Shown here: positions 9,801 through 23,400 of the stretch, one piece after another
How positions within the stretch are numbered: the first letter of the stretch is position 1
Layout of the letters: every line of letters begins with the position of its first letter
Source: the human T2T-CHM13v2.0 reference genome, Homo sapiens
DNA: 64,000 nucleotides
Assembly: GCF_009914755.1 (NCBI RefSeq)
Contig: NC_060943.1
Strand: one strand, 5' to 3'
The notes under the pieces: model-generated
Told to the model about the DNA's origin: nothing
Databases searched by the model: none
Seen by the model: only the letters and a program-made list of their open reading frames with translations
Position numbers and translations under genes: made by a program

Positions 9801-12800
9801 TTTTGATAGAGCAGAATTGAAACAATCCTTTTGTAGAATCTACTTGTGGATATTTGGAACTCTTTCAGGAATTCGTTGGTAGTTGGTATCTTCCCAAAAA
9901 AAGGAGACCCAAGCATTCTCAAAAAGTTCTTTGAGATGTGTGCCTTCAACTCACAGACTTCAAACATTCTTTTGAGAGATCAGTGTTGGAACACGCTTTT
10001 TGTAGAATCTGCAAGGGTTCATTTAGTGCGCTTTGTTGCCTATAGTGGAAAAAGAAATATCTTCAAATGAAAACTAGACAGAAACATTCTCAGAAACTCC
10101 TTTGTGAAGTGTGTGTCAAATTCACAGAATTGAAATTTTCTTATGATAGAGCAGTTTTGAAACACCGCATTTATAGGATCTGCTTGTGGATATTTGGAGC
10201 TCTTTGAGTATTTCGTTGTAAACGGGATATCTTCACATACAAACTAGACAGAAGCATTCACAGAAACTGCTTAGTGATGTGTGCATTCAACTCACAGACT
10301 TGAACCTTTCTCTTGAAAGAGCAGTGTTGAAACAAACATTTTGTAGGATGTGCAAGTGTTCACTTGGAGCGTTTTTTTGCCTATGGTGGAAAAAGAAATA
10401 TCTTCACATAAATACTAGACAGAAGCATTCTCAGAAACTCCTTTTTGATGTGTTTGTTCTATTCAGAGAGTTGAACCTTTCTTTTGATAGAGCAGTTTTG
10501 ATACACTGCTTCTGTAGAATCTGCTTGTGGATATTTGGAGCTCTTTGAGGAATTCGTTGTAAACGGGATATCTTCGCATACAAACTAGACAGCAGCATTC
10601 TCAGAAACTGCTTAGTGATGTGTGCATTCAACTCACAGACTTGAACCTTTCTCTTGAAAGAGCAGTGTTGAAACACACATTTTGTAGGATGTGCAAGTGT
10701 TCACTTGGAGCGTTTTTTTGCCTATGGTGGATAAAGAAATATCTTCACATACAAACTAGACAGAAGCAATCTCATTTACTGCTTTGTGATGTGTGCATTC
10801 AGCTCACAGAGTTGAACCTTCCTTTTGAGAGAGCAGTTTTGAAACAGTTTTTTGTAGTATCCTCAAGTGGATATATGGAGCGATGTGAGGCTTAACATGG
10901 AAACGGGAATATCTTCACATAGAAACTAGATAGAAGCATTCTCAGAAACTCCTTTGTGATGGGTGCATTCAACACAGAGACTTGAACATTTCTTTAGACG
11001 GAGCAGTGTTGAAACACACATTTGTAGAATCTGCAAGTGTTCATTTGGAGCGCTTTGATGCCTATGGTGGAAAAAGAAGTATCTTCACATAAAGACTAGA
11101 AAGAAGTGTTCTCCGAAACTCCTTTGTGATATGTGTGTTCAATGCACAGAGATGAACCTTTCTTTTGATTGAGCAGTTTTGAAACACTGCTTTTCTAGAA
11201 TCTGCTTGTGGATATTTGGAGCTCTTTGAGGAATTCGCTGTCAATGGGATATCTTCACATACAAACTAGCCAGAAGCATTCTCAGAAACTGCTTTGTGAT
11301 GTGTGCATTCAACACACGGAGTTGAACCTTCCTTGTGAGAGAAGAGTTTTCAAACAGTCTTTTTGTAGTACCTGCAAGTCGATATTTGGAACGATTTGAG
11401 GCCTATGAGGGAAAAGGAACTATTTTCACATACAAACTAGACAGAAGCATGCTCAGAAACTGCTTTGTGATGTGCGCATTCAACTCACAGAGTTGAACCT
11501 TCCTTTTGAGAGAGAGGTTTTGAAACAGTCTTTTTGTAGCATATACAAGTGGATATTTTTAGTGATTTGAGGTCTAATATGGAAAAGGAAATACCTTCAC
11601 CTACAAACTAGACAGAAGCATTCTCAGAAACTGCTTTGTGATGTGTGCATTAAATGTACAGACTTGAAACCTTATTTTGATAGAGCAGTGTTGAAACACA
11701 CTTTTTATAGAATCTGCAAGTGTTCATTTTGAGAGCTTTGTTGCCTGTGGTGGAAAAAGAAATGTGTTCACATACAAACTAGAAAGAAGCCTTCTCAGAA
11801 ACTCCTTTGAGATGTTTGTGTCCAATTCACAAAGTTGAACCTTTCTATTGATACAGCAGATTTGAAACTCTGCTTTTGTAGAATCTGCTTGTGAATATTT
11901 GGAGGTATTTGAGGAATTGGACGTATACGGGATATCTTCACATACAAATTACACAGAAGCATTGTCAGAAACTGCTTTGTGCTGTGTGCATTCAACTCAC
12001 AGAGTTGAAACTTTCTTTTGAGAAAGCAGTTCCGAAACAGTCTTTTTGTAGTATCTGCAAGTGGATATTTGGAGCGATTTGAGGCCTATGATGGAAAAGG
12101 AAATATGTTCACATACAAACTAGACAGAAGCGTTCTCAGAAACTGCTTTGTGATGTGTGCATTCACCTCACAGAGTGGAACCGTTCTTTGGATAGAGCAG
12201 TTTTGAAACAGTCTTTCTCTAGTATCTGCAAGTGTTCATTTTGAGCGCTTTTAGGCCCATGATGGAATAGGAAATATTTTCACATAAAAAGTAGACAGAA
12301 GCTTTCTCAGGAACTTCATTGAGATGTGTGCATTAAAGTAACTGAGTTGAATACGTCTTTTGATAGAGCAGTATTGAAACACTTATTTGTAGAATCTGCC
12401 TGTGGATATCTGGAACTCTTTGAAGAATTCTTTGGAAACGGCTATCTTCACATAAAAAGTAGACCCAAGCATTCTCAGAAAGTTCTTTGTGATATGTACA
12501 TTGGACTCCCAGACTTGAACATTTCTTTTGATAGAGCAGTGTTGGAACACACTTTTTGTAGAATCTTCATGTGTTCGTTTGGAGTGCTTTGTTGCCTATG
12601 GTGGAAAAAGGAATATCTTCACCTAAAAACCAGACAGAAGCATTCTCCGAGACTGCTTTGTGATGTGTGTGTTCAATTCGCAGAGTTAAAAGTTCCTTTT
12701 GATAGAGCAGTTTTGAAACACTGCTTTTGTAGAATCTGCTTGTTGCTATTGGGGGCTCTTTGAGGAATTTGTTGTAAACGGGATATCTTCACATACAAAG

Positions 12801-13627
12801 TAGACAGAAGCATTCTCAGAAACTGCTTTGTGATGTGTGCATTCCAATCACAGACTTCAACCTTTCTTTTGAAAGAGCAGTGTTGAAACACACATTTTGT
12901 AGCATGTGCAAGTGTTCACTTGGAGCTCTTTTTTGCCTATGGTGGAAAAAGAAATATCTTCACATAAATACTAGACAGAAGCATTCTCAGAAACTCCTTT
13001 GTGATGTGTTTGTTCTATTCAGAGTGTTGAACCTTTATTTTGATAGAGCAGAATTGAAACACTCCTTTTGTAGAATCTGCTTGTGGATATTTGGAGCTCT
13101 TTGAGGAATTCGTTGTAAACGGGATATCTTCACATACAAACTAGACAGCAGCATTCTCAGAAACTGCCTTGTGGTGTGTGCATTCAACTCACATAGGTGA
13201 ACCTTCCTTCTGAGAGAGCAGTTTTTAAACAGTCTCTTTGAAATAACTGCAAGTGGATATTTGGAGCGATGGGAAGTCTAAGATTGAAAAGGAAATATCC
13301 TCACATACAAACTAGACAGAAGCAATCTCATTAACTGCTTTGTGATGTGTGCATTCAGCTCACAGAGTTGAACCTTCCTTTTGAGAGAGCAGTTTTGAAA
13401 CAGTTTTTTGTAGTATCCTCAAGTGGATATATGGAGCGATGTGAGGCTTAAGATGGAAACGGGAATATCTTCACATACAAACTAGATAGAAGCATTCTCA
13501 GAAACTGCTTTGTGATGGGTGCATTCAACTCAGAGACTTGAACATTTCTTTAGACGGAGCAGTTTGAAACACACATTTGTAGAATCTGCAAGAGTTCATT
13601 TGGAGCGCTTTGATGCCTATGGTGGAA
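6814..13627 (+). repeat. HOR copy 2 (40-mer, 6814 bp)
   Basis: The ORF offset from 6949 to 13763 is 6814. This copy has the G variant at 11079 (agaagtatct). Confidence 0.95.
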
Positions 13628-16600
13628 AAAGAAATATCTTCACATAAGCACTACAAAGAAGCGTTCTCCGAAACTCCTTTGTGATATGTGTGTTCAATTC
13701 ACAGAGTTGAACCTTTCTTTTCATTGAGCAGTTTTGAAAAACTGCTTTTCTAGAATCTGCTTGTGGATATTTGGAGCTCTTTGAGGAATTCATTGTCAAT
13801 GGGATATCTTCATATACAAACTAGCCAGAAGCATTCTCAGAAACTGCTTTGTGATGTGTGCATTCAACACACGGAGTTGAACCTTCCTTCTGAGAGAACA
13901 GTTTTCAAACAGTCTTTTTGTAGTATCTGCAAGTCGCTATTTGGAACGCTATGAGGCCTATGAGGGAAAAGGAACTATCTTCACATACAAACTAGACAGA
14001 AGCATGCTCAGAAACTGCTTTGTGATGTGTGTGTTCAATTCACAGGGTTGACTCTTTCTTTTGATTGAGCAGTTTTGAACAACCTGTTTTGTAGAATCTG
14101 CTTGTGGATATTTGTAGCTCTTGGAAGAATTCATTGTAAAAGGGATATCTTCACATACACACAAGTCAGAAGCATTCTCAGAAACTTCTTTGTGATTGTG
14201 AATTGAACTCACAGAGTTGATCCTTCCTTCTGAGAGAGCCGTTTTGAAACAATCTTTTTGAAGTATCTTCAATTGGATACTTGTAGTGATTTGAGGCCTA
14301 AGATGGAAAAGGAAATATCTTCACATACAATCTAGACAGAAGCACTCTCAGAAGCTGCTTGGTGATGTCTGCATTCAACTCACAGACTTTAACCCTTGTT
14401 TTGAAAGAGCAGTGTTGAAACACACATTTTGTAGGATCTGCAAGTGTTCATTTGGAGAGCTTTTGTGCCTATGGTGGAAAAAGCAATATCTTCACATAAA
14501 TACTAGACAGAAGCATTCTCAGAAACTGCTTTGTGATGTGTGCATTCAACTCACAGAGTTGAACCTTCCTTTTGAGAGAGAGATTTTGAAACAGTCTTTT
14601 TGTAGTATCTGCAAGTGGATATTTTTAGTGATTTGAGGTGTAAGATGGAAAAGGAAATACCTTCACCTACAAACTAGACAGAAGCATTCTCAGAAACTGC
14701 TTGGTGATGTGTGCATTCAACTCACAGAGTTGAAACTTTCTTTTGAGAATGCAGTTTTGAAACAGTCTTCTTGTAGTATCTGCAAGTGGATATTTGGAGC
14801 GATTTGAGGCCTATGATGGAAAAGGAAATATGTTCACATACAAACTAGACACAAGCGTTCTCAGAAACTGCTTTGTGATGTGTGCATTCACCTCACAGAG
14901 TGGAACCGTTCTTTGGATAGAGCAGTTTTGAAACAGTCTTTCTCTAGTATCTGCAAGTGTTCATTTTGAGCGCTTTGAGGCCCATGATGGAAAAGTTAAT
15001 ATTTTCACATAAACCTAGACAGAAGCTTTCTCAGGAATTTCATTGAGATGTGTGCATTAAGGTAACTGATTTGAATACGTCTTTTGATAGAGCAGTATTG
15101 AAACACTTCTTTTGTATAATCTGCCTGTGGATATCTGGAACTCTTTGAAGAATTCTTTGGAAACGGCTATCTTCACATAAAAACTAGACCCAAGCATTCT
15201 CAGAAAGTTCTTTGTGATATGTACATTGGACTCCCAGACTTGAACCTTTCTTTTGATAGAGCAGTGCTGGAACACACTTTTTGTAGAATCTTCATGTGTT
15301 CGTCTGGAGTGCTTTGTTGCCTATGGTAGAAAAAGGAATATCTTCACCTAAAAACAAGACAGAAGCATTCTCAGAGACTGCTTTGTGATGTGTGTGTTCA
15401 ATTCGCTGAGTTGAATGTTCCTTTTGATAGAGCAGTTTTGAAACACTGCTTTTGTAGAATCTGCTTGTTGATATTGGGGGCTCTATGAGGAATTTGTTGT
15501 AAACGGGATATCTTCACATACAAAGTAGACAGAAGCATTCTCAGAAACTGCTCTGTGATGTGTGCATTCAACTCACAGAGTTGAACCTTCCTTTTGCGAG
15601 AGCTGTTTTGAAGCAGTCTTTTTGTGGTATCTGCAATTGGATATTTGGATCGATTTGAGGCCTAAGATGGAAAAGGAAATATCTCCACATACAAACTAGA
15701 CAGAAGCATTCTCAGACACTGCGTTGTGATGTGTGCATTCAACTCACAGAGTTGAACCTTCCTTTTGAGAGCAGTTTTGAAACAGTCTTTTTGAAGTATC
15801 TGCAAGTGGATGTTTGGAGAGATTTGAGGCCTAAGATGGAAAAGGATATATCTTCACCTAAAAACTAGGCAGAAGCATTCTCAGAAACTGCTTTGTGATG
15901 TGGGGATTCAACTCACAGGCTTGAAACTTTCTTTTGATACAGCAGGGTTCAAACACACTTTTTGTAGAATCTGCAAGTGTTCATTTGGAGTGCTTTCTTG
16001 CCCATGGTGGAAAAAGAAATATCTTCACCTGAAAACTAGACAGAAACTTTCTCAGAAAATACTTTGTGATGTAGTTGTTCAATTCACAGGGTTGAACCTT
16101 TCTTTAGATAAAGCAGTTTTGAAACACTGCTTTTGTAGAATCTTCTTGTGGATATTTGGAGCTGTTTGAGGAATTCGTTTTAAACGGGATATCTTCACAT
16201 TCAAACTAGTCAGAAGCATCCTCAGAAACTGGTTTGTGATGTGTGCATTCTACTCACAGAGTTGAACCTTCCTTTTGAGAGAACAGTTTTGAAACAATCT
16301 TTTTGTACTATCTGCAAGTGGATATTTGGAACAATGGGAGGACTAAGATGGAAAAGGAAATATCTTCACAGCCAAACTTGACAGAAGCTTTCTCAGAATC
16401 TGCTTTGTGATGTGTGCATTCACCTCACAGAGTGGAACCGTCCTTTTGATAGAGCAGTTCTGAAACAGTCTTTTTGTAGGATCTGCGAGTGTTCATTTTG
16501 GAGAGCTTTTAAGCCTTTGGCGGAAAAGGAAATATCTTCACAGAAAACTAGACAGAGGCATGCTCAGGAACTTCATTGAGATGTGTGCATTCAAGTAACT

Positions 16601-19600
16601 GAGTTGAATCTGCCTTTTGATAGAGCAGAATTGAAACAATCCTTTTGTAGAATCTACTTGTGGATATTTGGAACTCTTTCAGGAATTCGTTGGTAGTTGG
16701 TATCTTCCCAAAAAAAGGAGACCCAAGCATTCTCAAAAAGTTCTTTGAGATGTGTGCCTTCAACTCACAGACTTCAAACATTCTTTTGAGAGATCAGTGT
16801 TGGAACACGCTTTTTGTAGAATCTGCAAGGGTTCATTTAGTGCGCTTTGTTGCCTATAGTGGAAAAAGAAATATCTTCAAATGAAAACTAGACAGAAACA
16901 TTCTCAGAAACTCCTTTGTGAAGTGTGTGTCAAATTCACAGAATTGAAATTTTCTTATGATAGAGCAGTTTTGAAACACCGCATTTATAGGATCTGCTTG
17001 TGGATATTTGGAGCTCTTTGAGTATTTCGTTGTAAACGGGATATCTTCACATACAAACTAGACAGAAGCATTCACAGAAACTGCTTAGTGATGTGTGCAT
17101 TCAACTCACAGACTTGAACCTTTCTCTTGAAAGAGCAGTGTTGAAACAAACATTTTGTAGGATGTGCAAGTGTTCACTTGGAGCGTTTTTTTGCCTATGG
17201 TGGAAAAAGAAATATCTTCACATAAATACTAGACAGAAGCATTCTCAGAAACTCCTTTTTGATGTGTTTGTTCTATTCAGAGAGTTGAACCTTTCTTTTG
17301 ATAGAGCAGTTTTGATACACTGCTTCTGTAGAATCTGCTTGTGGATATTTGGAGCTCTTTGAGGAATTCGTTGTAAACGGGATATCTTCGCATACAAACT
17401 AGACAGCAGCATTCTCAGAAACTGCTTAGTGATGTGTGCATTCAACTCACAGACTTGAACCTTTCTCTTGAAAGAGCAGTGTTGAAACACACATTTTGTA
17501 GGATGTGCAAGTGTTCACTTGGAGCGTTTTTTTGCCTATGGTGGATAAAGAAATATCTTCACATACAAACTAGACAGAAGCAATCTCATTTACTGCTTTG
17601 TGATGTGTGCATTCAGCTCACAGAGTTGAACCTTCCTTTTGAGAGAGCAGTTTTGAAACAGTTTTTTGTAGTATCCTCAAGTGGATATATGGAGCGATGT
17701 GAGGCTTAACATGGAAACGGGAATATCTTCACATAGAAACTAGATAGAAGCATTCTCAGAAACTCCTTTGTGATGGGTGCATTCAACACAGAGACTTGAA
17801 CATTTCTTTAGACGGAGCAGTGTTGAAACACACATTTGTAGAATCTGCAAGTGTTCATTTGGAGCGCTTTGATGCCTATGGTGGAAAAAGAAATATCTTC
17901 ACATAAAGACTAGAAAGAAGTGTTCTCCGAAACTCCTTTGTGATATGTGTGTTCAATGCACAGAGATGAACCTTTCTTTTGATTGAGCAGTTTTGAAACA
18001 CTGCTTTTCTAGAATCTGCTTGTGGATATTTGGAGCTCTTTGAGGAATTCGCTGTCAATGGGATATCTTCACATACAAACTAGCCAGAAGCATTCTCAGA
18101 AACTGCTTTGTGATGTGTGCATTCAACACACGGAGTTGAACCTTCCTTGTGAGAGAAGAGTTTTCAAACAGTCTTTTTGTAGTACCTGCAAGTCGATATT
18201 TGGAACGATTTGAGGCCTATGAGGGAAAAGGAACTATTTTCACATACAAACTAGACAGAAGCATGCTCAGAAACTGCTTTGTGATGTGCGCATTCAACTC
18301 ACAGAGTTGAACCTTCCTTTTGAGAGAGAGGTTTTGAAACAGTCTTTTTGTAGCATATACAAGTGGATATTTTTAGTGATTTGAGGTCTAATATGGAAAA
18401 GGAAATACCTTCACCTACAAACTAGACAGAAGCATTCTCAGAAACTGCTTTGTGATGTGTGCATTAAATGTACAGACTTGAAACCTTATTTTGATAGAGC
18501 AGTGTTGAAACACACTTTTTATAGAATCTGCAAGTGTTCATTTTGAGAGCTTTGTTGCCTGTGGTGGAAAAAGAAATGTGTTCACATACAAACTAGAAAG
18601 AAGCCTTCTCAGAAACTCCTTTGAGATGTTTGTGTCCAATTCACAAAGTTGAACCTTTCTATTGATACAGCAGATTTGAAACTCTGCTTTTGTAGAATCT
18701 GCTTGTGAATATTTGGAGGTATTTGAGGAATTGGACGTATACGGGATATCTTCACATACAAATTACACAGAAGCATTGTCAGAAACTGCTTTGTGCTGTG
18801 TGCATTCAACTCACAGAGTTGAAACTTTCTTTTGAGAAAGCAGTTCCGAAACAGTCTTTTTGTAGTATCTGCAAGTGGATATTTGGAGCGATTTGAGGCC
18901 TATGATGGAAAAGGAAATATGTTCACATACAAACTAGACAGAAGCGTTCTCAGAAACTGCTTTGTGATGTGTGCATTCACCTCACAGAGTGGAACCGTTC
19001 TTTGGATAGAGCAGTTTTGAAACAGTCTTTCTCTAGTATCTGCAAGTGTTCATTTTGAGCGCTTTTAGGCCCATGATGGAATAGGAAATATTTTCACATA
19101 AAAAGTAGACAGAAGCTTTCTCAGGAACTTCATTGAGATGTGTGCATTAAAGTAACTGAGTTGAATACGTCTTTTGATAGAGCAGTATTGAAACACTTAT
19201 TTGTAGAATCTGCCTGTGGATATCTGGAACTCTTTGAAGAATTCTTTGGAAACGGCTATCTTCACATAAAAAGTAGACCCAAGCATTCTCAGAAAGTTCT
19301 TTGTGATATGTACATTGGACTCCCAGACTTGAACATTTCTTTTGATAGAGCAGTGTTGGAACACACTTTTTGTAGAATCTTCATGTGTTCGTTTGGAGTG
19401 CTTTGTTGCCTATGGTGGAAAAAGGAATATCTTCACCTAAAAACCAGACAGAAGCATTCTCCGAGACTGCTTTGTGATGTGTGTGTTCAATTCGCAGAGT
19501 TAAAAGTTCCTTTTGATAGAGCAGTTTTGAAACACTGCTTTTGTAGAATCTGCTTGTTGCTATTGGGGGCTCTTTGAGGAATTTGTTGTAAACGGGATAT

Positions 19601-20441
19601 CTTCACATACAAAGTAGACAGAAGCATTCTCAGAAACTGCTTTGTGATGTGTGCATTCCAATCACAGACTTCAACCTTTCTTTTGAAAGAGCAGTGTTGA
19701 AACACACATTTTGTAGCATGTGCAAGTGTTCACTTGGAGCTCTTTTTTGCCTATGGTGGAAAAAGAAATATCTTCACATAAATACTAGACAGAAGCATTC
19801 TCAGAAACTCCTTTGTGATGTGTTTGTTCTATTCAGAGTGTTGAACCTTTATTTTGATAGAGCAGAATTGAAACACTCCTTTTGTAGAATCTGCTTGTGG
19901 ATATTTGGAGCTCTTTGAGGAATTCGTTGTAAACGGGATATCTTCACATACAAACTAGACAGCAGCATTCTCAGAAACTGCCTTGTGGTGTGTGCATTCA
20001 ACTCACATAGGTGAACCTTCCTTCTGAGAGAGCAGTTTTTAAACAGTCTCTTTGAAATAACTGCAAGTGGATATTTGGAGCGATGGGAAGTCTAAGATTG
20101 AAAAGGAAATATCCTCACATACAAACTAGACAGAAGCAATCTCATTAACTGCTTTGTGATGTGTGCATTCAGCTCACAGAGTTGAACCTTCCTTTTGAGA
20201 GAGCAGTTTTGAAACAGTTTTTTGTAGTATCCTCAAGTGGATATATGGAGCGATGTGAGGCTTAAGATGGAAACGGGAATATCTTCACATACAAACTAGA
20301 TAGAAGCATTCTCAGAAACTGCTTTGTGATGGGTGCATTCAACTCAGAGACTTGAACATTTCTTTAGACGGAGCAGTTTGAAACACACATTTGTAGAATC
20401 TGCAAGAGTTCATTTGGAGCGCTTTGATGCCTATGGTGGAA
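13628..20441 (+). repeat. HOR copy 3 (40-mer, 6814 bp)
   Basis: The ORF offset from 13763 to 20577 is 6814. Majority alleles at the sites I checked. Confidence 0.95.
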
Positions 20442-23400
20442 AAAGAAATATCTTCACATAAGCACTACAAAGAAGCGTTCTCCGAAACTCCTTTGTGATA
20501 TGTGTGTTCAATTCACAGAGTTGAACCTTTCTTTTCATTGAGCAGTTTTGAAAAACTGCTTTTCTAGAATCTGCTTGTGGATATTTGGAGCTCTTTGAGG
20601 AATTCATTGTCAATGGGATATCTTCATATACAAACTAGCCAGAAGCATTCTCAGAAACTGCTTTGTGATGTGTGCATTCAACACACGGAGTTGAACCTTC
20701 CTTCTGAGAGAACAGTTTTCAAACAGTCTTTTTGTAGTATCTGCAAGTCGCTATTTGGAACGCTATGAGGCCTATGAGGGAAAAGGAACTATCTTCACAT
20801 ACAAACTAGACAGAAGCATGCTCAGAAACTGCTTTGTGATGTGTGTGTTCAATTCACAGGGTTGACTCTTTCTTTTGATTGAGCAGTTTTGAACAACCTG
20901 TTTTGTAGAATCTGCTTGTGGATATTTGTAGCTCTTGGAAGAATTCATTGTAAAAGGGATATCTTCACATACACACAAGTCAGAAGCATTCTCAGAAACT
21001 TCTTTGTGATTGTGAATTGAACTCACAGAGTTGATCCTTCCTTCTGAGAGAGCCGTTTTGAAACAATCTTTTTGAAGTATCTTCAATTGGATACTTGTAG
21101 TGATTTGAGGCCTAAGATGGAAAAGGAAATATCTTCACATACAATCTAGACAGAAGCACTCTCAGAAGCTGCTTGGTGATGTCTGCATTCAACTCACAGA
21201 CTTTAACCCTTGTTTTGAAAGAGCAGTGTTGAAACACACATTTTGTAGGATCTGCAAGTGTTCATTTGGAGAGCTTTTGTGCCTATGGTGGAAAAAGCAA
21301 TATCTTCACATAAATACTAGACAGAAGCATTCTCAGAAACTGCTTTGTGATGTGTGCATTCAACTCACAGAGTTGAACCTTCCTTTTGAGAGAGAGATTT
21401 TGAAACAGTCTTTTTGTAGTATCTGCAAGTGGATATTTTTAGTGATTTGAGGTGTAAGATGGAAAAGGAAATACCTTCACCTACAAACTAGACAGAAGCA
21501 TTCTCAGAAACTGCTTGGTGATGTGTGCATTCAACTCACAGAGTTGAAACTTTCTTTTGAGAATGCAGTTTTGAAACAGTCTTCTTGTAGTATCTGCAAG
21601 TGGATATTTGGAGCGATTTGAGGCCTATGATGGAAAAGGAAATATGTTCACATACAAACTAGACACAAGCGTTCTCAGAAACTGCTTTGTGATGTGTGCA
21701 TTCACCTCACAGAGTGGAACCGTTCTTTGGATAGAGCAGTTTTGAAACAGTCTTTCTCTAGTATCTGCAAGTGTTCATTTTGAGCGCTTTGAGGCCCATG
21801 ATGGAAAAGTTAATATTTTCACATAAACCTAGACAGAAGCTTTCTCAGGAATTTCATTGAGATGTGTGCATTAAGGTAACTGATTTGAATACGTCTTTTG
21901 ATAGAGCAGTATTGAAACACTTCTTTTGTATAATCTGCCTGTGGATATCTGGAACTCTTTGAAGAATTCTTTGGAAACGGCTATCTTCACATAAAAACTA
22001 GACCCAAGCATTCTCAGAAAGTTCTTTGTGATATGTACATTGGACTCCCAGACTTGAACCTTTCTTTTGATAGAGCAGTGCTGGAACACACTTTTTGTAG
22101 AATCTTCATGTGTTCGTCTGGAGTGCTTTGTTGCCTATGGTAGAAAAAGGAATATCTTCACCTAAAAACAAGACAGAAGCATTCTCAGAGACTGCTTTGT
22201 GATGTGTGTGTTCAATTCGCTGAGTTGAATGTTCCTTTTGATAGAGCAGTTTTGAAACACTGCTTTTGTAGAATCTGCTTGTTGATATTGGGGGCTCTAT
22301 GAGGAATTTGTTGTAAACGGGATATCTTCACATACAAAGTAGACAGAAGCATTCTCAGAAACTGCTCTGTGATGTGTGCATTCAACTCACAGAGTTGAAC
22401 CTTCCTTTTGCGAGAGCTGTTTTGAAGCAGTCTTTTTGTGGTATCTGCAATTGGATATTTGGATCGATTTGAGGCCTAAGATGGAAAAGGAAATATCTCC
22501 ACATACAAACTAGACAGAAGCATTCTCAGACACTGCGTTGTGATGTGTGCATTCAACTCACAGAGTTGAACCTTCCTTTTGAGAGCAGTTTTGAAACAGT
22601 CTTTTTGAAGTATCTGCAAGTGGATGTTTGGAGAGATTTGAGGCCTAAGATGGAAAAGGATATATCTTCACCTAAAAACTAGGCAGAAGCATTCTCAGAA
22701 ACTGCTTTGTGATGTGGGGATTCAACTCACAGGCTTGAAACTTTCTTTTGATACAGCAGGGTTCAAACACACTTTTTGTAGAATCTGCAAGTGTTCATTT
22801 GGAGTGCTTTCTTGCCCATGGTGGAAAAAGAAATATCTTCACCTGAAAACTAGACAGAAACTTTCTCAGAAAATACTTTGTGATGTAGTTGTTCAATTCA
22901 CAGGGTTGAACCTTTCTTTAGATAAAGCAGTTTTGAAACACTGCTTTTGTAGAATCTTCTTGTGGATATTTGGAGCTGTTTGAGGAATTCGTTTTAAACG
23001 GGATATCTTCACATTCAAACTAGTCAGAAGCATCCTCAGAAACTGGTTTGTGATGTGTGCATTCTACTCACAGAGTTGAACCTTCCTTTTGAGAGAACAG
23101 TTTTGAAACAATCTTTTTGTACTATCTGCAAGTGGATATTTGGAACAATGGGAGGACTAAGATGGAAAAGGAAATATCTTCACAGCCAAACTTGACAGAA
23201 GCTTTCTCAGAATCTGCTTTGTGATGTGTGCATTCACCTCACAGAGTGGAACCGTCCTTTTGATAGAGCAGTTCTGAAACAGTCTTTTTGTAGGATCTGC
23301 GAGTGTTCATTTTGGAGAGCTTTTAAGCCTTTGGCGGAAAAGGAAATATCTTCACAGAAAACTAGACAGAGGCATGCTCAGGAACTTCATTGAGATGTGT